Source: an uncultured Pseudomonadota bacterium
Lineage (GTDB): Bacteria; Pseudomonadota; Alphaproteobacteria; JACZXZ01
Direction of reading: 5' to 3'
DNA length: 64,000 nt
Assembly: GCA_963749075.1 (NCBI GenBank)
Contig: CAVVLJ010000020.1
Coordinates: forward strand, 736,001 to 800,000
In this document: positions 18,106 through 26,141 of the stretch, one piece after another
Numbering within the stretch: position 1 is the stretch's first letter
Layout: each line of letters begins with the position of its first letter
Notes under the pieces: model-generated
Told to the model about the DNA's origin: nothing
Seen by the model: only the letters and a program-made list of their open reading frames with translations
Databases searched by the model: none
Program-made: the position numbers and the translations under genes

Positions 18106-18462
18106 TTAGTAGCCGTAGTACGAGTAGTAGTACGCGTAGTAGTAGTTCAAGTACGAATAGTACGCGTAGTACTGGGCGTCGTAGTAGTAGGCTGTCGCGT
18201 AGCTGCTGGAGCCGGTACCGTATACGTAGTTGTAATAGGTACCATAGGCGGCATAGAGGCTCGCGTATGAGCCGTAAAGCGCGCCATAGTAGCCGTAGTA
18301 CGCCGCCGTGGAGCCGCTACCTTTGACGGACGCCATCTCCTTGTCGGAGAGAACCGTCAAGTGGGAGGAATCGCCAAGCAGAGGATTGTTGGCATAGGAA
18401 GGAGTGCCGAACGCCATCAGGGCGAGCACCGCCAGACCGGCCAACTTCAGGAATAGCTTCAT
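18106..18462 (-). CDS. secreted tyrosine-rich precursor protein with Sec signal and double-glycine-type leader
   Basis: GGGGGAG RBS, signal MKLFLKLAGLAVLALMAFGTPSYA, leader motif LSDKEMASVKGS, then 69 aa containing 30 Tyr. Confidence 0.85.
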   Translation of the reverse strand: MKLFLKLAGLAVLALMAFGTPSYANNPLLGDSSHLTVLSDKEMASVKGSGSTAAYYGYYGALYGSYASLYAAYGTYYNYVYGTGSSSYATAYYYDAQYYAYYSYLNYYYAYYYSYYGY

Positions 18463-18591
18463 CGTACATTCTCCCCCAAAAACCACCTCAGAGACATGTA
18501 TGGTCGCATAGGGGTTAACCAAGGTCAAGACATTGCGAGAGCAAAATTCCTGCTGTGACCGCCGTCACAGCACCGTCCCCGGCCGTGGGCA

Positions 18592-18637
18592 TGAAATTAA
18601 TTTCAAAGTCTCGACAAACCTGCTTCAAAGTCTCGAC
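18592..18637. promoter_or_regulatory. candidate operator: 14-bp palindrome plus 14-bp direct repeat
   Basis: Perfect palindrome TGAAATTAATTTCA (18592-18605) overlaps TTCAAAGTCTCGAC, which occurs at 18602-18615 and 18624-18637. Confidence 0.5.
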
Positions 18638-18921
18638 GACGCTGTTTCGCGGCGTTTTGGCCGCCTGCCGGGCGGGCCGTTCGCGAAACTCGATCGAGAT
18701 GCGTCGCCATCTCGCGCCGAGCGTGTGCGGTCCGGGGCCTTGGGTGGCGCCGCGCGCAGCGCCGCGATGACGCGCGCAAGTCGATCGTCGGAGCCCGCCG
18801 CCGGCTCAAGACTGGCATGCAGCGTTTTTCCACGGCGGCGCCGTGCATATGGACTGTCACAAGATGGCCCATAATATGCTGGCGTTGCGCCGCGGCAAGA
18901 TGCGCGGTCGCGCGAGGGCGC

Positions 18922-18945
18922 CCCGCAATTTCGCCCGCAATTTCG
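18922..18945. repeat. 12-bp perfect tandem repeat x2 upstream of the putative G1 peptidase promoter
   Basis: CCCGCAATTTCG CCCGCAATTTCG. Confidence 0.7.
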
Positions 18946-18956
18946 GCGGCCGCCTG

Positions 18957-18988
18957 TTGACATGATATAAGATTGCCCGCATCATATT
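18957..18988 (+). promoter_or_regulatory. possible sigma70 promoter of the G1 peptidase gene
   Basis: Consensus TTGACA at 18957-18962, AT-rich CATCATATT 17 bp downstream, GGAGG RBS before ATG 19018. Confidence 0.4.
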
Positions 18989-19017
18989 AAATCGCATTTT
19001 TCCTGGGGGAGGTGCAC

Positions 19018-20124
19018 ATGTTTACGAGCACGCGTCGGAAGGCATACCGGAACCCGCGATCTCATTGGGTGATCGGCTTGGGCGCCGCTCTCGGCGCCGC
19101 GCTTGCGCTCTGCGCTCCGTCCTCAGTCGCCATGGCGCAGGGCGCTCACACCGCCGCCACCAATATCCCGGGCGTGAGCGCCTTCCTGGCACCGCCGGAA
19201 GGTTTCGATGCGGTCCACGCGTCCTCGGCGCAGCTTCAGCAATACGGATTTCCGCCGCGGCCGGGCGGGAACAACGCCGCGGCCTTGGCCGATTGGGAGA
19301 AGATGGCGAGCGCGCCGGTCACGCGCATCATGCCGACGCTGGAGCAGACGCAAATCTATCATGGCCCGCGGCGGCCGGGGCCCTCGGGCAAGAGCAACGA
19401 GGCGACAGTCGGAAACATTACCAATTCCACGAGCTCCAATTGGAGCGGCTACGCGATCACATCCAGCAACGATCCGTTCACGGCCGAGGAAGTTTTGGCC
19501 CAGTATTCCGTGCCGCCCGCCCAACAGGCCTTCGGCACATGCAACGGCGGGTGGGATTACGGCTCGGCATGGGTCGGCGTCGACGGGTTCAGCAACGGCG
19601 TCGTTTTTCAGGCTGGCATCGAGTTTGATGCCTATTGCGGAGGCGACGTTCCCCAGACGCTCTACTCGACCTGGTTCGAGTGGTATCCGAATGGCGAGTC
19701 CCGGATCTCGAACTTCCCGATCGACAAAGGCGATCTCGTGCGCGTGTATATCTGGAACACCAACACGACGACGGGCGAAACCTACATCGTCAATTACACA
19801 AAGAACGCAGCCGTGGGGCTCGCCTTTTCCGCGCCGAGCGGCTACCCGGAGACTGGCAATAGTGTCGAGTGGATCGTTGAAAGGCCGGGGGTGAGCGGAG
19901 GGTTGGCGACGTTGACCAACTACGTGTCCGACCCATGGACGTTCTGCGAGGCGTTTAATTACACCAGCGGCAGCCCGACCTATTACTATCCGGGCTCGAG
20001 CGCCCCGGCCAACGGCAGCGTGAATGCAATAACCATGCTCGACAACAGCAGCAACGCGATCTCCTATGCCGAGCTGCAGGGCAATTGGGATTTGTGGTTC
20101 TACGACGAGGGATCGGCGTACTAA
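19018..20124 (+). CDS. secreted G1-family glutamic peptidase (eqolisin-like) with propeptide
   Basis: Signal peptide, propeptide (LQQYGFPPRP), and SSNWSGY, AWVGVDG, FQAG (catalytic Q), WFEWYP, EWIVERP (catalytic E). Confidence 0.88.
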   Translation: MFTSTRRKAYRNPRSHWVIGLGAALGAALALCAPSSVAMAQGAHTAATNIPGVSAFLAPPEGFDAVHASSAQLQQYGFPPRPGGNNAAALADWEKMASAPVTRIMPTLEQTQIYHGPRRPGPSGKSNEATVGNITNSTSSNWSGYAITSSNDPFTAEEVLAQYSVPPAQQAFGTCNGGWDYGSAWVGVDGFSNGVVFQAGIEFDAYCGGDVPQTLYSTWFEWYPNGESRISNFPIDKGDLVRVYIWNTNTTTGETYIVNYTKNAAVGLAFSAPSGYPETGNSVEWIVERPGVSGGLATLTNYVSDPWTFCEAFNYTSGSPTYYYPGSSAPANGSVNAITMLDNSSNAISYAELQGNWDLWFYDEGSAY

Positions 20125-20142
20125 CTCAAAACGCCTGGGCGT

Positions 20143-20170
20143 GCGGGCCGTGCCGGTCGGGCCGGCCCGC
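20143..20170 (+). terminator. GC hairpin after the G1 peptidase gene
   Basis: 8-bp stem GCGGGCCG/CGGCCCGC with no clear U-tract. Confidence 0.25.
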
Positions 20171-20460
20171 TTCGACCTAAAGGACAGCTCACCAACTCTC
20201 GGTCTCGGGCCGCTTGAATTCGCTCGGCGCGCCCGGGGTGTGGTCTTGTGGACAATGCTGCCGCGCTGACCACAACCCCTGAGGTCCAATAACCGCGGAA
20301 GCGGAGATTTGACGTGCTGCCGGGCACGGACATCTTCGCACGTTATGGACAGAGGCCTTATGCGCCCGCACGTCGTATCGACCGCGAATGCCAATGGGTT
20401 GTACCGCGTCCGAGGGGGGAATGGCGGGCGCTGCCTCGGGGGAATTGCGGAGCGCGCGGC

Positions 20461-21219
20461 TCACCGCGTCGTCGATCCTGCGGCCTCCTCTTTACGGCCC
20501 TCCAGGATATGGACCTGGACCGGAGTGAGGACGGACGGCACCTTGACGCCGTGCAGCATGACGTGTCGCCCCAGAGGCACGCGCTCGACCTCGACCCTCG
20601 GCAGGAATTCGGCGACCATGCCGCGCAAATCGTCGGCCGCATACTGCAGCGTCGGCGGATGCGAGGAGAGAAGCGGCAGAAGCTTCGTGCTCGGCCGATA
20701 GGCGAGCCGCTCCAGGCCGTAGAACCAGCGCGGCACGCAGGACTCCACGAGGATGAATCGCCCGCCGGGCTTCAGCACGCGGCTCGCCTCGCCGATCGCG
20801 CGGCGCGCGTTGGACCGGCAATCCGCGACGGTTCGCCCGACCAGGTGGTGGATCAGCATGACCATGAGCACGGCGTCGAAGGAGCCGTCCGGCTCGGGGA
20901 TGTCGAGGGCGCTCCCTGTCTTCGCCCGGGCATTGGGCGGGAAGACCTTGGCAGGCAGATCGGGCGGGAGCTTGTCGAAAAAGAGATCGAGGGCGACGAT
21001 CTCGCCCACGCGCGACGCGTCGTAGTCGAATACGCCGCCGTTGCCGATGTCGAGCATCCGCCCTATGCCGGAGAGCTTCTCGGAGACGCGGCCGCGGAGC
21101 CGGACGTAGGTATCGAGCGTCTCGATGTTCCGCTTGTATTCCTCGATGTTCTTCAAGAAATATCGTTTGTTCGCGTCCAAGGACTCGCGCAGAACGGGAT
21201 CGTCAGGGGGCTCGCTCAC
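20461..21219 (-). CDS. class I SAM-dependent methyltransferase
   Basis: MLDIGNGG, IPEPDGSFDAV, LIHH and RVLKPGG motifs. GTG start inferred. Confidence 0.82.
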   Translation of the reverse strand: MSEPPDDPVLRESLDANKRYFLKNIEEYKRNIETLDTYVRLRGRVSEKLSGIGRMLDIGNGGVFDYDASRVGEIVALDLFFDKLPPDLPAKVFPPNARAKTGSALDIPEPDGSFDAVLMVMLIHHLVGRTVADCRSNARRAIGEASRVLKPGGRFILVESCVPRWFYGLERLAYRPSTKLLPLLSSHPPTLQYAADDLRGMVAEFLPRVEVERVPLGRHVMLHGVKVPSVLTPVQVHILEGRKEEAAGSTTR

Positions 21220-21364
21220 GCAAGGCCTCTCGATGAAAAGCGGAAACCGCGTGTGATGTACCGAAATGCCGTCCGGACCGCAACCGGAAGTATCGCGCAC
21301 CTGCGCGACCGAGGCGCGGTGTCGGCGGGCGGTGCGCGCGCCGCGCTTTCGCGAGGCACATGCT

Positions 21365-23293
21365 CTATCCGCCTGCGGACGTGACGACGAAGCCGTTGCG
21401 CCCGACTCCCTCTCCGCCTGCCGGCCCCAGCCGCACGGTACAATCGGGCCGGACTGCGGGGGTCTGGAAGCCGAGTGCCGCCCCCTGGCCATAATATGTG
21501 TTGATCTCCTGCGCGGAGACGTATGGCACGTCGCGCGCATACAAATTGACCATGACGTAATGGCGGAGGAAAGGGTCCTCCAGGTCGACGCGCACCATGT
21601 GGCAGCGGTCGAGACGGCTGAGCAGCGGGGCCAGGTCGAACTCGGTCTCGAGCCTGCGCGCGAGTGGAGGGTCGCCCGGATAGGGCGATAGGCCGGGAAT
21701 GCCGTCATGGGCCGCCACGCTCGCCAGGCGGACGGTCATGGTGACGAGTTGGAGGCCTATATAGAGCTGCGCGGGCACGCGCCGCCACCGCGTCGCGCGC
21801 GGATCGGCGAGCGGCAACAGCAGCAGGAGGAGCAAGAACGGGGAGAGCCAGACGTACGCCTTGCCGGCGGCGTAAGGGTTCCCCTGGAGCGCCAGCGCCG
21901 CGACCAGCGCGAGGCCGGTCGCGAGGCCTGCCGGCAGCCAGAGCTCGCGCGCCCTGAGCGAGCGTAGCGCGCACCAGCCGAGAGCGGCGACCTCGACCGA
22001 CACGGCGATCCCGACGGCGACGAGGAGCCAATGGGGAGAATCGAATGTGGGGACGACCCGATAGAGGCCCGCCAGGCCCGCGATTCCGTTGGTGATCGTC
22101 AGCCTCGTATGGATCGGTCGAAACAGGGCCGACAAATCGTCGCCCACGACCGCGAAACCGTGGAAGTAGGAGAACCAGTTCAGGGACATCTCGGGGCTGG
22201 ACGAGATCGAGCGTATTTGCTCGTAGAGGAAGCCGAGCGTGCTGTCGAAGCATGGTAACGCAAGACCCGCCCCCAATGCCGCCGCCGCGAGCTGAGGGAT
22301 GACGCGCTGGAACGACGATCTGCTCGCCCAAAGAACCGCGAGGAGCGAAGCGCCATAGACCGGCACATAGACCGGAAGACACTCCGGATAGAGATAAATG
22401 GCGCCCGCGACGAGGAGCGACAGCGCCAAGCTGGCGCGCAGCCTGTCGAGTGCGCCTGCCGTGAGGGTTCCCGCGGCCGGCAAGAGGGGCTCGAGGCCCA
22501 GGCCGAACAGCGCCGGCATCACCATGACGCCGGCAAGCTGCGACCAGGCATCGACGTCGATGAGATATCCGCCCCAAAAACCGCAGGCGAAGGTCAATGG
22601 CACGACGAGCCGTGCCGCCGGCCGCGCGTCCGTCGCGGCGCGCAGGAGAAAATAAAGGCTCGGCACGTAGAGCGAGAGGGTCAGGCTCACGAAGTCGTTG
22701 GCGAGCTCGAAGACAGGGATCTTGAGCGCGATCCCGACATGGGCGAGTGCCGCGAACGCCATCGTGACGGAGGGGCGCGTGTGGAGATGCGCCAGCCCGA
22801 TCAGCATGGGGTTGCGCAGCACGGCGGCCGGGCTCGCATACTGCGATGCCCAGATCGCCGCCGCGCTCATCTTGGAGAAGACGCTGCCGGCGGTCACGTA
22901 GTTGAAATAGTCCCAGACGTTTCCATGGTATGCGTAGTAAGGCTCTCCCGCGATCCATTTGGGCAGCGACAGGGCGGCCGCAGCGAGAGCCCAGGCCGCG
23001 GCGAGGTGCCAAATGTCCCGGCGCCGCTCGCCGGCCAATTCGCCGCCGCGGCGCAGCCGGGACGCGAGACAGCCGAGGCCGAGTGCCGCGAGCGCACCGT
23101 AGAGCCAGACCTGCTGGCTTATCGCAAGTCCCGCCCTGAGCAGGTTCGGCGCAAGGATCGCGACGATGCAATAGCCGAAGACCGGCGCGAGGGCGATGCG
23201 CGGGGCGCGTCCCTCGGGCAGCAGCAGCGACGCGGGCAAGCCGATCAGCGCGAGCAGCACGACGGAATAGACCAGAAAGGCGATGTCGATCAT
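21365..23293 (-). CDS. polytopic membrane protein, putative GT-C glycosyltransferase (paralogue 1)
   Basis: >12 TM segments, WDYFNY in the first external loop, YPE and YAAGK motifs shared with neighbours. Confidence 0.65.
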   Translation of the reverse strand: MIDIAFLVYSVVLLALIGLPASLLLPEGRAPRIALAPVFGYCIVAILAPNLLRAGLAISQQVWLYGALAALGLGCLASRLRRGGELAGERRRDIWHLAAAWALAAAALSLPKWIAGEPYYAYHGNVWDYFNYVTAGSVFSKMSAAAIWASQYASPAAVLRNPMLIGLAHLHTRPSVTMAFAALAHVGIALKIPVFELANDFVSLTLSLYVPSLYFLLRAATDARPAARLVVPLTFACGFWGGYLIDVDAWSQLAGVMVMPALFGLGLEPLLPAAGTLTAGALDRLRASLALSLLVAGAIYLYPECLPVYVPVYGASLLAVLWASRSSFQRVIPQLAAAALGAGLALPCFDSTLGFLYEQIRSISSSPEMSLNWFSYFHGFAVVGDDLSALFRPIHTRLTITNGIAGLAGLYRVVPTFDSPHWLLVAVGIAVSVEVAALGWCALRSLRARELWLPAGLATGLALVAALALQGNPYAAGKAYVWLSPFLLLLLLLPLADPRATRWRRVPAQLYIGLQLVTMTVRLASVAAHDGIPGLSPYPGDPPLARRLETEFDLAPLLSRLDRCHMVRVDLEDPFLRHYVMVNLYARDVPYVSAQEINTYYGQGAALGFQTPAVRPDCTVRLGPAGGEGVGRNGFVVTSAGG

Positions 23294-23780
23294 CGCGTCA
23301 CTGTCGACCGCGGAAGGATCGCGGTCTGCGTGCGCCGTATCAGGGAAGGTGCTGGGTGGTCGGGGTGCAAGTCAGAATCCATGGCTGGGATCGCTGGCAT
23401 CGACGCTCGGAAATTCTTCGCGGGGCGCCAAATCTCGCGAAGCCGTCGAGTCTGATCGGCGGCCCATGGTAACAAGCCAGTGGACGAGGAGGAAGGATTG
23501 TAGTCCTGGCCCGCTGCAATTGCCGGCCTCAGTCCGCTTCCTGGTCTCCCGGCAAAATGATAGCGTTCGCGCGGATACTCGGTCATGCGCGGGACATCGG
23601 TGAAGGCGGGTTAATCGTCATGGTTCGTTGCCTCCCTGAGCGGCTTGTCCGACCCCATTGCCCCGGCGCCCGCGGATGGGGCGGCTCACCCCGCGGCTGG
23701 CGCACGGCGGCGTCGGTACCGGGCGCGTCGCGTCGCGGGCGAGCTCTGGGGAGAGCCGCGCAGGGGAACGGCTCTCCGGC

Positions 23781-26051
23781 ATGACCGCCGATCTGCTCAT
23801 GGGCGGCCTAGGCGCGCTCTGGTTTCTTCTTGTCGCCATTCTGCTCAGCCTGGGCGGCCTCGGTCTCCTCGCCGTCCTCGGCTGCCGCAGCCGGCTCGCC
23901 GCACCTCTCTTCCTGGCACCGGCCCTGATGTTGGCCTTGTGGACGATCCTTTGCTCGGGCGCCGCGTGGCTCCGGCTGCCGATCGTTGGCGTGACGCCGT
24001 GGGTGTGGGCCGTGACGCTGCTCCTGATGTTGCCGGGCATCCATATCGTGATCCGGGCGGTACAAGGCCGAATGGGCTCGGCACTGCCAAGGTCCGCTCC
24101 CTGGAGCGACGCCGGCTTTCTAGTGCCGGCAGTGCTCTGCTGCCTGTTGCCCCTCGCCGTGCTGCCCGGCGTGCTGCGCTTCGGACTGGCCGATTTTGCC
24201 GGGTCCACGGCACCGGACAGCTGGTCCTATGTTGCCGTCGCAGATTATCTGCGCGTCGAGCCGCGCGGCGTCGCCTCCGGCCTCAGCCCCCTCCACCAAT
24301 ATGCCGCCCATCTTGCCGACGCGCGCAACGCCACTTACGCGCTCCTCGCGTTCCTCTCGTCGGTGTCGGCGGGGGGGCGTCCGGACACGGCGGTCAATCT
24401 GTTCTGCCTTTTGTCCCTTTTCGCCTTCGCGGGTGCTGTTGCCCATTTCGCGCTCACGGTATTCGAACGACGGCTGGTGCCGACCGTGGCACTCCTTCTC
24501 CTCAGCGTCTATGGCTGGCCCGGAGACATCGTTTTTGTCGGTAATTTCGATCAATTACTGGTGCTGCCGCTGCTTCCCGCCCTGGCCTCGGTCGCCGCCC
24601 ACGCCGCGAAAGAACGATCCCCGTGGCGCTTGGCGCCCGCGGCGTCGCTGCTGATCGCGGCAGCCTTGTACGCGTACATCGAGATGGCCGCATTCGGTAT
24701 CGCCGTGGCAGCGAGCTTCTCGCTCGGAGGGGCCATTCGGCCGTGGCGGACGCTCGGACGCACAGCGGCAGCCGTTCTGCTCGCGCTGGCGGGCGCGTCT
24801 GTTGCACTGCTGCCGGGGGGGAAAGCGCTTGTCGTCTATTTTCTCGATCAGCTGGCAAGCGGGACCACGACCGGCCTCCGGCCCGCGGAAGGTTATTTTA
24901 CCGGCCTGACCGACCCCAGCTATGCGCTATCGGCGGTGTGGGCATTGGGGGGCGAATTTCACTTTCCGGAATATATTCTGACGGGCGCGTTGGTGGCCGC
25001 GGCCATGACCGGCTGCGCGCTCTGGGGTGCGATACGACCGAGCCGGGGCGTGCTGCCGGCGTTCGCGGGTGGCGCGGTGCTGCTCGCCTATGGCACGATG
25101 GCTTTCGGCAGCCATTACTCCTATGGCGCGTACAAGATTGTCTCCGTCAACTTCTGGGTCATCGCCTGGCTGGCCGTCAGCGGCGGCGCCGACCTCGCGA
25201 GGCGGCTCGGGCGGAAGTCTGCCTTTCGGAACCTCGGGTCGGCGGAGGTCTGCGGAATGGCAGTGCTGCTCGTGCCGGCGATCTATCTCCGCGCTCATAC
25301 CGTGCTCGAGATCAATCGCTTTGAGGTGTCGGCCGCGGCACATCGTCTCGCCCGCGAGGCGGCCGATGCCGCGGCCCGCATCGGCAAAGGCGCTCCGCTG
25401 CTGGTATCCGTCACCGATGAGCTGGCAAATGTGTGGGCGGTGTATCAGCTCGATGCCGTGCCCATGCGCGTGGCTCCTTACCGCCTCTATATGTCGGCTC
25501 CGCAGTTGGCACGGCTCATGGCGGCGGCGCGACCGGTCCCGTGGCAGAGGATCGCGTATGCGCTCACCGACCGCAGCAGGCCGGCCGTGCCGTCGATCGT
25601 GGCGGGCGGCCGGGTGGTCTGGCAGAACCGTGCATATGCGCTTTGGCAAGTGGCGCCGGGAAACTGGATGACGATCGCCGAGGTCGACAACCCCAATGGC
25701 GTCGAGGGGAGCAGCGATCGGCCCTTCATCTGGCTGGGCGGCGGGGCGACCCATCTGACCGTCGTGTCGGGTGCCGCCGGCGACGCCATCCTGACGGCCG
25801 AGGTCGTTCCCGGTCCGCGCGCGGCAGAGGGTGCGCGCTCCTGGGATGTCGCCGTGCGCGCCGGGGATTGGCGCACGACGGCAGAGATCAGCCCGCCGGC
25901 CGCGAGCATCCGTCTGCCCGTGCGGGCCGGAGTGACCGCCGTCGAGCTCACCGTGCTCGCCGCACCTGCCGGACGAATGCCCGACAACGGCGACCGCAGG
26001 CCGATGATCGTCGGCCTTTTCGACTACCGCCTGACGCCGGTCAGCGATTGA
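23781..26051 (+). CDS. polytopic membrane protein, putative GT-C glycosyltransferase (paralogue 2)
   Basis: PDSWSY, NFDQ, YIE, RPAEGYF and YGAYK motifs, plus a C-terminal periplasmic beta domain (NPNGVE...FIWLG). Confidence 0.7.
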   Translation: MTADLLMGGLGALWFLLVAILLSLGGLGLLAVLGCRSRLAAPLFLAPALMLALWTILCSGAAWLRLPIVGVTPWVWAVTLLLMLPGIHIVIRAVQGRMGSALPRSAPWSDAGFLVPAVLCCLLPLAVLPGVLRFGLADFAGSTAPDSWSYVAVADYLRVEPRGVASGLSPLHQYAAHLADARNATYALLAFLSSVSAGGRPDTAVNLFCLLSLFAFAGAVAHFALTVFERRLVPTVALLLLSVYGWPGDIVFVGNFDQLLVLPLLPALASVAAHAAKERSPWRLAPAASLLIAAALYAYIEMAAFGIAVAASFSLGGAIRPWRTLGRTAAAVLLALAGASVALLPGGKALVVYFLDQLASGTTTGLRPAEGYFTGLTDPSYALSAVWALGGEFHFPEYILTGALVAAAMTGCALWGAIRPSRGVLPAFAGGAVLLAYGTMAFGSHYSYGAYKIVSVNFWVIAWLAVSGGADLARRLGRKSAFRNLGSAEVCGMAVLLVPAIYLRAHTVLEINRFEVSAAAHRLAREAADAAARIGKGAPLLVSVTDELANVWAVYQLDAVPMRVAPYRLYMSAPQLARLMAAARPVPWQRIAYALTDRSRPAVPSIVAGGRVVWQNRAYALWQVAPGNWMTIAEVDNPNGVEGSSDRPFIWLGGGATHLTVVSGAAGDAILTAEVVPGPRAAEGARSWDVAVRAGDWRTTAEISPPAASIRLPVRAGVTAVELTVLAAPAGRMPDNGDRRPMIVGLFDYRLTPVSD

Positions 26052-26141
26052 CGCGCTTTTGCGGCTCACCGCGGCGACGTTGCCATGTTGATCTAGTTGC
26101 TGCGGGCGAAGACCGATAGCCGAAGGGCAAAGGAAAATTCA

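Noticed and set aside
18106-18300. TAG/TAC-rich stretch as a microsatellite or non-coding repeat
   Set aside because: It is explained by Tyr codons (TAC/TAT mixed) on the minus strand of an ORF with an RBS and signal peptide.
18106-18462. classical bacteriocin/RiPP precursor
   Set aside because: It has a Sec signal before the leader, and there is no PCAT ABC exporter, modification enzyme or immunity gene in the unit. The partner is an outer-membrane barrel. Antimicrobial activity cannot be fully excluded.
18513-18530. CtrA binding box
   Set aside because: Only a TTAACC half-site is present. The second TTAA at the required 7-bp spacing is absent.
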